Part shown: piece after piece, positions 10,326-21,849 of the stretch
How the letters are laid out: every line of letters starts with the position of its first letter
How positions within the stretch are numbered: position 1 is the stretch's first letter
Virus record (IMG/VR): IMGVR_UViG_3300013121_000023
Location: 1-64,000 of that record
DNA length: 64,000 bases
DNA from: a virus
Taxonomy: Duplodnaviria; Caudoviricetes
Direction: 5' to 3' (one strand)
Notes under the pieces: model-generated
Database searches by the model: none
What the model was told of the DNA's origin: nothing
The model's input: the letters and a program-made list of their open reading frames with translations, nothing else
Program-made: the position numbers and the translations under genes

Positions 10326-11132
10326 ATGACCATGAACCCTTGGTTGGCCGAGTTGCTTGGGGATACAGAGAAGACCGCTCAGCAGGCGCAGGCGCCTGCT
10401 CCCACTCCCGAAGTGGAGAAGAACGCTGAAGCAGAGAAGGTGGCTATGTTCTTGGCCGCCGCTGAAGCCAATAACATCTCCAAAGACCAGATGTTGAAGT
10501 TGGCCCAGGAGAAGCCCGAGTTGGTCAACCAGCTGTGGGAGGCCACTTTTAGCAACGAAGAACAGAAGACTGCCTCGGCTGCTGAAGTAGAGTTGGGGCA
10601 GACCATCGGCAAGATAGCCGCTCAGACATTTGTGGCTGAGTTGCAGAAGACTGCTGCGAAAGACCCTGAGCAGCTAGAGCTGCCGTATTCAAAAGACCCT
10701 TCGGCCTTGAGCAAGGCGAAAGATAAGGCCAAAGAAGTAGGGTCTAAGGCTCTTAAGGCTATTACGGACCATCCCAAGGCTTCGGCTGGAGCTGGCCTTG
10801 CGGGTTTGGCTGCTGGCGGCGCCCTAGCTGCTAAGAGACACTACGATAAGAAGAAGAGCGAGGGCAGTGACGATAAGACAGCGCAGGATGCTGCCGCTGC
10901 TGTTGCTGACCTAAATGAAATCGCTGGCGGTGTTGCCGTAAAGATGGCCGCTGACGCCGGCTTTAACGTTGACGAGGCTATTCTCCGTATTAGCGGTGTT
11001 CTAGCCCTAGGTGGTGCAGCAGTAGACAGCTACGCAAAGACCGCATCTGCCACAGATGGCGACTCGGCTGTTTACATCCGTTCGCTAGAGCTTCTTGAGT
11101 CGGCAGGATATCCTGTTAAGTGGAACGGGTTA
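10326..11132 (+). CDS. scaffold/core-like head protein (TTA-terminated; standard ORF to 11141)
   Basis: About 10 K-x-A motifs, Ala-rich; GAAAGGA RBS. Confidence 0.6.
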
Positions 11133-11159
11133 GTTTCTTAGGTATCTGAGGAGCAGGGC

Positions 11160-12341
11160 ATGTCAAATATCCAGGGTTCTCAATTTTCGAGATATCCAGA
11201 TACTTCTGTAGTTCCTGCTCCTCAGATACCGACCACCCCTGCTACCGGTTTGACTGGTAAGGGGTCTAAATCGATGGGTCTTGCCCCCAGACAAGCAAAT
11301 GCACCTGTAAATACTGGTTTTGCTACCACTGGTACAACACCAGATCCTACAAATGCATTCAAATCTGTTACGGCAGCCATTGATACGGTTTCACCTTTTG
11401 CCAAGACAGGCTCTACGATGAACTTCGCTATGCGACCGTCACTGAACGATATTCTAACTCATGCACTAGCTGGGGCATCGGCGGGCATCAAGCTAGCTGC
11501 TGAGGAAGACAGAAAAGACAAAGACCGCCGAGGCGAGAAGGACAAGGACGATAAAGAGAAGGATGCCTGTGGTCCTGGTATGAAAACGGCTTCTGCCGAA
11601 GATACCCATCTCTTGATCGATGCTGGTCGTTCTTGTGCAGATGGTCTTAGAAAGATCGCTGCTTCGCTAGAAGTTGGTGAAGTCGGTACGGCTAAGAATG
11701 AAGCTGGTACTGTTACTACGCCATCAGCCAGCGGTCAGCAGCCGCAGCCTACTGGGCATAGTGCAGCACATGGTAAAGAGCCCATGTCGCGTACTATGGA
11801 TGCTGGTAAGCAGATGCAGAATACGGAAACAGACAGACCTGGTGGTAATGAGCCCGGTCAGCGCATTTCTGATACGCTGGCTAAGAAGGCGTCTGCTGCT
11901 CCTATTTCGATGATTGCAAAGATGGCCTCCATGAAGGCTCCTATAAGCACCATCTTGAAGATGGCGTCTGGTACAGAGCCTGTTGGTCCCGGTACTGGTG
12001 AACCTGTGAGAGACGGTTCTCAGCCTGCTGGGCCCCATCCTGGCGGAAAGCCTGCTGGAGCTACACATGTTGTAGCTAGCAATCAAGCGGCTGTTGACTA
12101 CACAAAGCGGGATGCGAAAGCACCTGAAAAGAGAGAAGCCGCAAAGACTGTAGATGAGGCTATGCAGAGCGCTTCTACAGACCCAGTTCTAAACCAGGCT
12201 TTTGCCCATACAGGTGAAGCTGGGGCTAAGATAGCGGCTGCTATCATGTCCGGTAAGTCTGTAGACACTGCTATCATGCAGGCAGCGGGCCGAGCTGTTC
12301 TTACCAAGATTGCTGCGGCTCAATCGGGTAGGAGGGCGTTA
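11160..12341 (+). CDS. low-complexity head core/scaffold protein (TTA-terminated; standard ORF to 12368)
   Basis: Repeated KLAA/KTAS/KIAA/KMAS; GGAGG RBS then GCG TTA TG coupling. Confidence 0.6.
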
Positions 12342-12688
12342 TGTCCGACAGCTCAAAGTACATGCTAAAGGTTGCCACTATTGTGGATGAGCTAACCAAC
12401 AGGTTGGAGTCCACAGTAAGCGAAAGAGATAAGCTGGCTGCTGAGTTGGCTTCCTATAAACATAGGGAGCGTATAGAGAAGCTAGCCACAGCTCTGATTG
12501 ATAGAGACATCACATCAGATGCGCGTGAGCAAGTTATTGCGCGGCTTAGCAACGAATCACCTGATAAGCTTGCTAGCATCGAGGCAGGCATAGACTACAT
12601 AAGTCCAAAAATGAATCTGGGTGAGTTGGGCAATCCAGATGCGGGTGCTCTACACCCATTCGAGGCCCAACTACTCGGTCGTCGTTTA
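12341..12688 (+). CDS. coiled-coil scaffolding-like protein (TTA then TAG)
   Basis: Heptad pattern; position just before capsid genes. Confidence 0.6.
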
Positions 12689-12708
12689 TAGGACTATAGG
12701 AGAATCAA

Positions 12709-13236
12709 ATGGCTCAAGTGACTTTCGATCTAGTAACTGACCACTTCCGTCAGTTCATGAAGCACATCCCTCTGGTAGACGGTACTCTGGTAGACCCTAC
12801 CAACGCCGCGTATCTAGAGGGCGGTGAGTGGGTTACACTGGCTAGCTCGGGCAAGGCCGAGAGAGCTTCTAACGTTGCCTCGACTGGCAACGCGGCTACT
12901 CTCAGAAGCTGGCCAGTCTTCCTAGAGCGTGGTCGTACAGACCTCCAGGCGAAGTCGTCGCGCGGTGTACCTGTTTTGTGGACAGGTGGCGAGTTTGAGG
13001 CTTGGACGCTTCTGTTCGACGCTGCTGTCACAGTGGGCAGCGGTGCTCCTATTACGACCATCTTGCAGCCTCTAAAGGTTGCCACAGTTGACCTGACTTC
13101 GACCCTTGGTCGTAAGTACACTGGTCTAGTTGGTCATGGTGGCGCGGCAGACTCGGCACCCATTGTTGGGTACGTGACAATGCTGCCCGCTAACAACAGC
13201 GGTAAACTTCAGTTCATTACTGGTGGCCGACGCTTA
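12709..13236 (+). CDS. capsid decoration/cement-like protein (TTA then TAG)
   Basis: AGGAGA RBS; beta/Gly-rich; directly upstream of the major capsid gene. Confidence 0.55.
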
Positions 13237-13272
13237 TAGCCCGTAGGCACCGAAAGAACAGGAGAAATAGAA

Positions 13273-14415
13273 ATGGCAAACGGGCTGACCCCTCAAGAGA
13301 TACAGCTAATGAACGATAGCTTTTCCGTTCAGGTTGAGACACCTGAAGGTAGAGCTAAATTCGCTGCCAGCGGTGGCGATTGGGTAAGAGACCGTCTTCG
13401 TGAAGACTCGTTTCTAGAGCAGATTGTGCCGATGGTCCCTGTGGTCAAGGCCGATTGTCAGCAGGCTCTAGATCACGACACGCTGGTGAAGATCATAGAG
13501 GTGGAGCCGAAGTCGAGAGCCCTGACTCTAGACTTCCGTTCGGGCCCCACAGTCAATTTCATCAGAGGCAAGCGTGTTGCTGCGGCCTTCTTCACTATCT
13601 CGTCCGAGATGATTCAGAAGACAGAGCAGGAGCTAGCTGCTTACAATATGCCCGTTACCAAGATCATCGAAGAGAACTCGGTGAAGGATATGGGCGAGAT
13701 TCAGGACCGTGAGTTCCTGATCAACTGTGAGGCAGCTGTGCAGGGTCTCCAGAAGGAGGCCAACGGCGGCACGATTACCACCCTAAACGCAACAGCTCTA
13801 CAGGGTGGTTCGCCTCCCGTTGAGTTCTCGGTTGTAAAGGGTGAGCTAGCCCGTGTTGCGTCTGTTGATAACGGGACCGTTTTGCCGATTCAGAGGCCTG
13901 ACTTCGTTAGGCTGATGAACCTGATCGACGGTAATCGTTTGCAGTCGAACATGGTGTTGATCACCACAGTTGACGCGAACAACACTCTTACATGGACCTT
14001 GGCCGACAACGGTGACCGTCTACAGTCGGAAACGGCTGTTGATGGGTATAAGTACAACACCTTCCTCGGCAAGCGCTTCATTAAGACCATCAAGACGGAT
14101 ATTCTCCGTCCTGGTAACGTGTATGCCTTTACGGATTCGTCCTTCTTTGCGAAGGCGTATCTGTTCAACAACACGAAGTTCTATGTTGATAAGCAGGCCA
14201 ACTGGATCACATTCCAGGCCTGGCGCGATGTGGCTATGAGCATCGTGAACGTTGCAGCTGTGCGCAAGCTAGAGCTGTACTCGGGCGATGCGACAACGAA
14301 CGATGCTGACAGCATCTTCTCGTCGATTTCGCCCAAGGAAGAGAAAGATCTGGGCGCGGTCAATAACCGCGTGGCTGAGGGTCTGCGTTATCCTCAGATC
14401 AACCCAGCCTACTTA
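13273..14415 (+). CDS. major capsid protein (TTA-terminated; standard ORF to 14427)
   Basis: About 380 aa, AGGAGA RBS, biased codon use, canonical position after protease/scaffold, followed by a terminator. Confidence 0.8.
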
Positions 14416-14435
14416 TCCTTCAAATAGAACCAACA

Positions 14436-14469
14436 AAGGGCGTCGGTGCCAGTGGCGCCGACGCTTTTT
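14436..14469 (+). terminator. intrinsic terminator after major capsid gene
   Basis: GCGTCGGTGCC-agt-GGCGCCGACGC-TTTTT. Confidence 0.8.
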
Positions 14470-14488
14470 GATTTTCACGGAGACAAAT

Positions 14489-15067
14489 ATGGCAGCAGAA
14501 GCACATGTTCTTGTTCATAATTCGTTTTACGATCCGCGTACAAAAGGTCTACGACTAAAGAACTGCGTACGTGATGAAGTTGTACTTCTAGCTGGTAGAC
14601 AGCTTCATATTGGTAGGCCCAGAATTCTTACGCTCTCAGAGCTAAAAAAGTCATTCACCGAAATATCACAGCTGCAAAGTAAGGGTCGTGTTGTCGTAAC
14701 GAACCTCACGAATCAGCCTGTTGATTTGAATACTTTGGTTGTTCCTACAGAAATGGTTTCAAAGGAACCAGAATTCCCTGCTGTTCATCCACAAGAACAG
14801 GGTTTGCTGATGGCAGCCGAACCGAATGGTATAGCCGTAAATCCATTTGGTCCTGATAAGGATTTGGGGGCTTTCAATGCCGTGCGTACGGCTGAATCTG
14901 AGTCAGCTACGCCTCTGGCTGCCGCTGTAGCTGCTTTCGGTGGCAAGGACGACGACAGCCCCGAGGAAGACAGTGAAGAGCCCGTAAAAGCTGATTCTGA
15001 TACCGGTTCAAAAACTGTGATGGTGCTGGGGCAGCCTGTGCCACAATCAAAGGGTAAGCGGAGGTAA
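14489..15067 (+). CDS. hypothetical virion-module protein
   Basis: GGAGA RBS; acidic disordered C-terminus. Confidence 0.6.
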   Translation: MAAEAHVLVHNSFYDPRTKGLRLKNCVRDEVVLLAGRQLHIGRPRILTLSELKKSFTEISQLQSKGRVVVTNLTNQPVDLNTLVVPTEMVSKEPEFPAVHPQEQGLLMAAEPNGIAVNPFGPDKDLGAFNAVRTAESESATPLAAAVAAFGGKDDDSPEEDSEEPVKADSDTGSKTVMVLGQPVPQSKGKRR

Positions 15068-15069
15068 AC

Positions 15070-15570
15070 ATGGCGGCGTACCTTGAAGGCGTACCTTTGA
15101 TGAGCGACACAGTTCGTGGGTTTATAACCTCTGTACGCATGTACATGAGAGATCATCCCGAATTGAACAGGCTTATAAAGGGACAAGAGACCAGCGACAG
15201 AATGATTGCCTTTGCGGCAATGATTGCCCTGTCTCACTTCAATGGTACGCCGCCTGTTTTGGGTGATTTTTCTTACGACTATCTTTTGCCAAGGTACTAC
15301 TACATCCTTCTGCCTCTGACAGTTACAAAGGTGATTGAGTCGGTTGGTCTATTGCAGACCAGAAATCACCTGAACTATTCAGATGGCGGCCAGTCTGTAG
15401 GTGTGAACGATAAAACACCTCTCTTGATGAACTGGCTAAATTACTTTCGTTCTTGGGTCATAGAGGAACTCGGGCGTGTGAAAGTGTCGATGAACATCGA
15501 GCAAGCGATGACTTCTTACGGTGTTCACACAGAACTCTGGTATATCAACGGCCTCTATTTTGGCTACTGA
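15070..15570 (+). CDS. putative head-tail adaptor (neck) protein
   Basis: GGAGG RBS; size, helical pattern and position. Confidence 0.55.
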   Translation: MAAYLEGVPLMSDTVRGFITSVRMYMRDHPELNRLIKGQETSDRMIAFAAMIALSHFNGTPPVLGDFSYDYLLPRYYYILLPLTVTKVIESVGLLQTRNHLNYSDGGQSVGVNDKTPLLMNWLNYFRSWVIEELGRVKVSMNIEQAMTSYGVHTELWYINGLYFGY

Positions 15571-15577
15571 GGTAGTT

Positions 15578-17788
15578 ATGGACCATCTACTAAGACCGCG
15601 TATCAATCCGCTAGCTGCCTTGGAAGCCTTGGTGTTTTTCAAGCAGGCTTCTATCAACGATCCTCCTGACACTACAGGTCGTCTAGAAGGTCAGTTTCTA
15701 GCACCTATCCCAGATGTGTTGGCAGTTATGGCAGAACTCGTGAAGAACGAGTTTATGACTATCTATGCGTACAAAACTTACGCAAACTCTCTGCGTGGCA
15801 TGGCTCACCATTCTTTGGCTGAAGAGTTTGAACAGCACGCAGATGAAGAATCGGACCACGCAGACTTTCTTCTCAGAAGAATGGCCGTTCTAGGTGGACC
15901 CGTAAACGTCCCAGAGATACCTGCCCCACCTCCCGCTACAAAACCAGAAGAGATAGTTCAGACTCTTATTAGAGTTGAACAAGAAGGTATCGCTGGTTGG
16001 CGCCAACTAAAAGAAATGGTTGGCGAAAATAATCCCATGTACGTCACCATAGAAGAGTACATGGCGAAAGAGCAGGAACATCTAGACGATCTATGGCAGC
16101 TCATGCCATATGAAGCTCAAACACAGCAGATATCGAAACAAGCGTCACCACAAACATCTTACGGTAAAAAACTGATAGATTTTTTGGGTGGTGCAGCTGC
16201 GGCCCCGATTGTGCCTGGTATAGTTGGCATGGCTGGCCTTCTTAATAAGATACCAGAGGGTTTGGATGTTCCGCGTCACGTTCTAACCGGCTACGCGGCT
16301 GGATCTCTCGGCATTCCAGCGCTTGGAATGCTTGGCGCCTATAGACACGGTAAGAGCAAGAGAGAAGATGAAGTAAAGGCTCTGCAACTAGAGCTAGACA
16401 ATATGAAGAGGATGCAGGAACAGAATGCACCTTCTTCTATGGCCACCAATGATCAAGGTGGGTTCGAGGGCCAAGGCAGTAACTTGAAGTTCGCTGAAGA
16501 ACAACCGCACGGGAATATCCTAAATAGGATAGGCGGGTTCTTTGGTAGAAATCCCACTGTACTAGGTGCTCTAGCTACAGCTGCTAGTGGCGCACAACTA
16601 GCCAATTCAGCTGTACCCAGAAGTGCCGATTGGCAAACAAAACTGATGGCTACCGTGGGAGGGGCTACGCTGGGAGCTATTACTGGCGCTGCCGCTGCCG
16701 AAGTTAGACAAGGTATGAATGCCACTCAGTTGGCTCGTACCGGATTGAAGGTGGAAACGCCTTTCGGTAGTACTAGCGAAACAGGTAAACATCTGCTTTT
16801 GCAGGGCGCTCGGTCTGCATTCGCAAAAACAGCGAATGAAGATCCTCAACAGTGGCTCCTAAATGAGCGTATGCAAAATGCTCTACAAGAAAGAAACGAA
16901 GTAGAGCTGTATAGAATTCAGAAAGAGCAAGCAGAGCAGCAGGCTGCGCAAGCATCTCAACAGGCGCAAGAGTCAGCTGCACAAGCACAGCAGCTACAGC
17001 AGCAAGTAGAGTCGCATACGCAGCAGATGCAAGGTGTTTTGCAGCAGGCACAGATGCAGCAGCAAATGGCCACACAGAACGTGCAGAGCGCCGTTCAAAT
17101 GGCCAACCAATCTGCCACTGACGCTATGCAAGCCAACCAAAAGGCTCTGCAAACACAGCAGATAGCTGTGAATGCCAGGTCCGCCGTACAAAACATGAGA
17201 CAGGCTCTCATGGATATGGCATCGCAAGATCCGATGGCGGGTATGGAGCAGCAACTACAGGCTGCCGGTCAGCCCGCGATAAGCCCGATGCCTACTGCTG
17301 GCGCAGGTAATCCAGCTGTAGACCCAGCGGCTCTTCAACAGCAACAAGCTCAGGAACAGCAGATGATGGCAGAGCAGCAGGCAGCTCCACAGCAAGGAGC
17401 CGCTAAGACTGCTTCTGTTGAAATTCCTGCTGAACTTAAGGATAAACTGAAAGAAGGACTAAAGGCCGTCATACCCCCTCTTGGTGGAGCTGCTTTTGGT
17501 TTCGCTTTGTCCAAGACTGCTCCCGTATCTCAGAAATTGAGAGAGATGGAAGCTAAATACCAAGAAGAAGGTAGCGGTACCTTGGCAAAGGCTATAGCTA
17601 ACATGGCCAGTGGCCTAGAGGCTATGCAAGCTAATCCCAAGGCAACTGTTATGAGTGGCGTGGGTCTAGGTACTGCTGTCGGTCAACTGCACCGCCAGTA
17701 CAAGGAACATAGGCACTTTGCCGATACGAGTGATAAGGCGTTCAACCTCGCAAATAACCCACCTACAGCCAGTTTCCAGATGAGGTAA
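15578..17788 (+). CDS. virion polyprotein with ferritin/bacterioferritin-like domain
   Basis: E..EESDH..EQEG..EQEH di-iron ligand pattern flanked by KQAS motifs; Gly-zipper segments; Gln-rich coiled coil. Confidence 0.7.
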   Translation: MDHLLRPRINPLAALEALVFFKQASINDPPDTTGRLEGQFLAPIPDVLAVMAELVKNEFMTIYAYKTYANSLRGMAHHSLAEEFEQHADEESDHADFLLRRMAVLGGPVNVPEIPAPPPATKPEEIVQTLIRVEQEGIAGWRQLKEMVGENNPMYVTIEEYMAKEQEHLDDLWQLMPYEAQTQQISKQASPQTSYGKKLIDFLGGAAAAPIVPGIVGMAGLLNKIPEGLDVPRHVLTGYAAGSLGIPALGMLGAYRHGKSKREDEVKALQLELDNMKRMQEQNAPSSMATNDQGGFEGQGSNLKFAEEQPHGNILNRIGGFFGRNPTVLGALATAASGAQLANSAVPRSADWQTKLMATVGGATLGAITGAAAAEVRQGMNATQLARTGLKVETPFGSTSETGKHLLLQGARSAFAKTANEDPQQWLLNERMQNALQERNEVELYRIQKEQAEQQAAQASQQAQESAAQAQQLQQQVESHTQQMQGVLQQAQMQQQMATQNVQSAVQMANQSATDAMQANQKALQTQQIAVNARSAVQNMRQALMDMASQDPMAGMEQQLQAAGQPAISPMPTAGAGNPAVDPAALQQQQAQEQQMMAEQQAAPQQGAAKTASVEIPAELKDKLKEGLKAVIPPLGGAAFGFALSKTAPVSQKLREMEAKYQEEGSGTLAKAIANMASGLEAMQANPKATVMSGVGLGTAVGQLHRQYKEHRHFADTSDKAFNLANNPPTASFQMR

Positions 17789-17790
17789 TC

Positions 17791-18252
17791 ATGCCGAAGG
17801 TAAACAAGCCCGAGGTGATTTATCCTTCACATGTGTATGCGATTACACCTAGTGGCTATCTTCTTATGAAGAAGGTAGCTGGTAGTACGAAGGTTCTTAC
17901 TACAGCGATGCTGAAGAACGCTTCTGGTAAAAGTAAAAGCATGAAAGTAAACGCAGCTATATCAGCTGTGTCAGAAGTATTGGGGGATGCACCTGATGAG
18001 CTTGTCTACGTAGGCAAAGAGACTGTATGTGTTGGCGAAATTCAGAAAGTGATAACTGGGTTTGTGCTGGGTCTGACGAAGCCGAATCCAGTTATTAACT
18101 GTGAGTGGGTTCCAATGCACTATCTGTACATGCCAGATAGTCCGTTTAAGGTCACCCCTACGTTCAGACAGACGTGGAGCACATTTGGGCCCAGCGTGAT
18201 GGAGCTTGCCCAAATTATACGTCTTAGAAGTGGGACGCACATTTTGGTTTGA
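17791..18252 (+). CDS. hypothetical protein (possibly a degenerate Nudix-like fold)
   Basis: GAGGT RBS; no intact Nudix box. Confidence 0.5.
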   Translation: MPKVNKPEVIYPSHVYAITPSGYLLMKKVAGSTKVLTTAMLKNASGKSKSMKVNAAISAVSEVLGDAPDELVYVGKETVCVGEIQKVITGFVLGLTKPNPVINCEWVPMHYLYMPDSPFKVTPTFRQTWSTFGPSVMELAQIIRLRSGTHILV

Positions 18253-18260
18253 GGTGCAAC

Positions 18261-19640
18261 ATGCTCGACTCATATATGTCTGTTCTTCTAGCTAACGCTA
18301 AGAGGGAACAAGAGCTTGATAAGCTGGCCGCAGAATTGTCCAAGTATCCGATGGACGTTCTGCAAAAGGTTGCAGATAGCAAGCTAGCCCTTTTTTGCGG
18401 TGACACGGATTGGCTAGAAAAGTACAAGAACACGCCTCTCTTGCAGAAAGCCATCGATTTGGCCAAAGCTGAAATCGAACAGGATATGCAAGATGAGAAC
18501 GCCTTTCAGGAAAGTAATCTACGTAGTAATGGCAGGCGACAGATAGAGCTTCAGAAAAGGATGCTGGATATTGAGCTAGCCTCCATGAATCTTCAGCATG
18601 ATGAAGTCCCTGTGTCGCCTGAACAGGTAGCTGGCGACATAAAGCAAGCTAGCGCCACAGCTGCTATCAGAACTGCGCTTCAAAATCCATGGGTTAGGCA
18701 AGCGGCTACAGGGGCACTAACAGGTGGTGTTGGTGCTCTAGCTACTGGTGGCTCCGTACTAGAAGGGGCTGGTATGGGAGCTGTAGGAGGATTGGTGTCT
18801 GGTGGCATAGACCATTTTACAGGTGGCAGCACACCAGCCGTTAAACCGACCCCACAGCCAGCCGGCGCAGCTAAGCCAGCAACAGGTGTTATGCCGGCAG
18901 CTAAACCTGCTACTGGCGCCATGCCTGCCGCGAGACCCCCGACTGGGGCCACGCCAGCTATAAAGAGTCCTACCGGTATGGTTCCAAGTGTAAAGGGCCC
19001 CACTTTGAATTCCGCAGGTATAGGGCCTACACCGCCACCTTCTGCGCCAGCTGTACCAAAAGTAGCTTCGATAGCTGAAAGAATGAAGGTAGCTCTACAT
19101 AAAATGGCAAATCAGCCCGTAGTAGCTGTACCGCCTAGCCAGATAGAGAGCTTTATAAGAAATAACGCAGGTGCTTTGGGAGTCGGTGCTTTGGGCGCTG
19201 GCGCTGGCCTTTACAGTTCTTTGCGTAGGAAAGAAAACCCAGAGGATGAAGACAGTCTTCTGTCTGGTGCTGCAAAGACATTGGGAGGCGGTGCTATCGG
19301 TGCGGCTCTTGGCTACGGTGGACACAAGTATTACAGCGGTATCAAAGAGCTTATGGACAAAGGTATGTCCCCTGGTGAAGCTTTTGATACACATAACAAG
19401 AACCTCTGGGAAGCTGGGTTGAGCAAGGTTACGGACCACGCTTTTGGTCTGAACAACCCCCTACCAAGTCAAGAGCACACATCAGTTGTTAAGCAGCAGG
19501 CACCGCTGCCGTCACAACCTCATCTACCATTTTCTGCTCCGCAGCCATCTGTACATAAGATGCCTGCACAACACGCAGTAGCACCTACTGTTAAGTCTAA
19601 CGTTCTTCAATCTGGTACGAGACATCTGAATATTTGGTTA
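18261..19640 (+). CDS. virion protein with Gly-zippers and Pro-rich repeats (TTA-terminated; fused to next gene in ORF track)
   Basis: K-x-A motifs, ~10-aa AAKPATG(V/A)MP repeats; first TTA at 19638, then ATG at 19653. Confidence 0.65.
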
Positions 19641-19652
19641 GGCGGAACCAAC

Positions 19653-20534
19653 ATGCTTTCTGTCTATGATTTGAAAGTACGTTCAATGAACGTGGACCTC
19701 CAAGAGGTATCTTGGTGCGTCAAAGAGACTCAGTTGGATGTGCTGGATTACAGCTTCCAGATCTATAGGTCTGAATCTGTAGAGGGCCCATTTGACGCAA
19801 TCTCTGTTCCGTTCAAGGATAAGTACCTGTTCATAGACAGAAACATATTTACTGGCAATAGGTGGAGACAGTACTACTACAAACTAGTAGTAACTAAAGA
19901 GTCCGACTCTACTTCTGTAGAGTTTGGCCCTGTTTCTAGTGAGCCAGACCCAGACCTGTATGCCATGGAAGTTCGCAGTCATGCTCAGCTTCTACTTCAC
20001 GAATTTGCTGGGCGAATCTGCTGGATACTCCCTGTCAGAACATTTGGTCAGCGGTGTTCTTGCTACGACAGGCAAATGAAGGCCAAGAAAAGATCTGGCT
20101 GCATAACCTGTTACGACACAACCTTTGTACGAGGCTATTTGCAACCTATTCAAGTAGCCATACAAATAGACCCATCTGCTAAAAGCGAACAAAAGATGGG
20201 TACTGGTTCTTCTCAGCAGTCGAACACTACCGGTAGAATCGGGTTCTATCCAGCCATAAAACCGGATGATTTGATAGTAGAGAAAGAAAACAGACGTTGG
20301 AAAGTTGTATCGGTGTCACAGACCGAGAAGGCACGCGCCAGAATACGCCAGGAATTTCAGCTACACGAGCTAGTTATGACTGACGTAGAGTTCAAGGCTC
20401 CCCTTGTTCTTGAAGACGCGATAACGGATTTGTTCGTCAGCCCAGAGAGAAACTTCATAAACCCTCACACACTTGAGAGTTTTGAAGAGTCAAACATAGA
20501 GACTGTTATGTCTCTGTTTACAGGTAAAAGATGA
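19653..20534 (+). CDS. neck/head-closure-like protein
   Basis: FN3-like N-terminus, CSC..CxxC, PAIKPDDLIVE..RWKV motif; composition differs from upstream part. Confidence 0.6.
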   Translation: MLSVYDLKVRSMNVDLQEVSWCVKETQLDVLDYSFQIYRSESVEGPFDAISVPFKDKYLFIDRNIFTGNRWRQYYYKLVVTKESDSTSVEFGPVSSEPDPDLYAMEVRSHAQLLLHEFAGRICWILPVRTFGQRCSCYDRQMKAKKRSGCITCYDTTFVRGYLQPIQVAIQIDPSAKSEQKMGTGSSQQSNTTGRIGFYPAIKPDDLIVEKENRRWKVVSVSQTEKARARIRQEFQLHELVMTDVEFKAPLVLEDAITDLFVSPERNFINPHTLESFEESNIETVMSLFTGKR

Positions 20535-20974
20535 ATACAAACGCTTTTGCTACTGGGTTTAAATCGGAATTGCTCAAAATGGCTTCCGATAGACCAAACA
20601 ACTTCTACGAATCTCTTTCTTCGCATCTTCCGGCGCACATAAAGGAAGATCTTGAAAGAGCTAGTGTAGACACGGAAAAGCCAGATTCGTTCAAGAACAA
20701 AGTCAAGGACGTATGGAATAGAATAGGCCCTACAAAGGCGACCCTTGTTTCTTTGGGTGGTTTGGGTCTTGGGGCTGGTATAGGCACCATGCTTGCCAGG
20801 TACGCTGAAATAAAGGGTCTGGACAAAAAATACGTGCCTAGAGACTGGCTAGGTCCGGGGCTAACTGCGGCTGGTTTGCTCAGTCTGGCGCTTTCTGAGA
20901 CTATAGAGTCAGACAAGGAGAAGTACCGTAATGAGCGGAATCAACACGCAAACAACAGACCCGGCGCCAAATGA
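20531..20974 (+). CDS. small virion membrane-type protein
   Basis: GFKSELLKMAS N-terminal motif; two hydrophobic helices. Confidence 0.55.
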   Translation: MNTNAFATGFKSELLKMASDRPNNFYESLSSHLPAHIKEDLERASVDTEKPDSFKNKVKDVWNRIGPTKATLVSLGGLGLGAGIGTMLARYAEIKGLDKKYVPRDWLGPGLTAAGLLSLALSETIESDKEKYRNERNQHANNRPGAK

Positions 20975-21830
20975 GCAGCTGGACTATGCGCGTTCTGCTC
21001 TGGTAGCTATACGCGGTATATACACAACGTTTGTACAGAATCTTTTTTACCTTAGAAGACCTGGGGACTATCACTGGAATCCAGATGATAGATTGACAGA
21101 CATATACATAACAAATGAAGTGCCTATAAAAGAGATATCTATACAGGTACGTCCTGGTATTACGTTTACTAGGACGCCTGTATTTTTTTATAGCCTTGGG
21201 TTCAATGACGACCTATTGGGCTACGAATTTCGCACGGGTCAAAAGAGAAAGAGCCTTTTGATCATAGGTGCGATGGTAGTGAATGTCGTTTCTAAAGCCG
21301 CTATGGAGAGCGAAGCTTTGGCTAATGACGTTGCACATCAGCTTTGGGCCAGGCGAGAAGACCTTATTAAACAGGGTTTGTTTGAGGTTGGTAGACAAGT
21401 CTCTGTGGGTTCTCCCTCCCCAGCGGGTAGTATTGTTGCTGGAGATAAACACGATGAGTATGTGGTTACGTCGTTTACCAGCCCGTTTCAGTACGTGCAA
21501 ACGACGTACACAACCCCAGTGAACGTACCAATGCTTTCCGGTATCAACGTGGACCTAGAACATGGACAAAAGCCTCGGGTTAACCCTCGTGGTTATTTGG
21601 ACATGAATTCAAAAGGTGGCGAGTTGCCGTTCGGGGTAAAGAGAACGCGACTTACCGGGGGCGATGGCTTGCCTAAAACAACACACCCTCTAAATCCAAA
21701 TGTGAAGGTTGTTGTTACGCCAATAAGAACTGGTGAGGCAAAGCTCAGACCTATTGCTGGGCGTGAACTACTCATCCCAATAGACGGCGCCCCGGAAGAC
21801 CCATCTTCCAAACAAAGCTTTAAGGTTTTA
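20931..21830 (+). CDS. tail completion/terminator-like protein (TTA-terminated; standard ORF to 21839)
   Basis: Position immediately before the sheath gene. Confidence 0.55.
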
Positions 21831-21849
21831 GGTAGCTAAGGAGATAACA

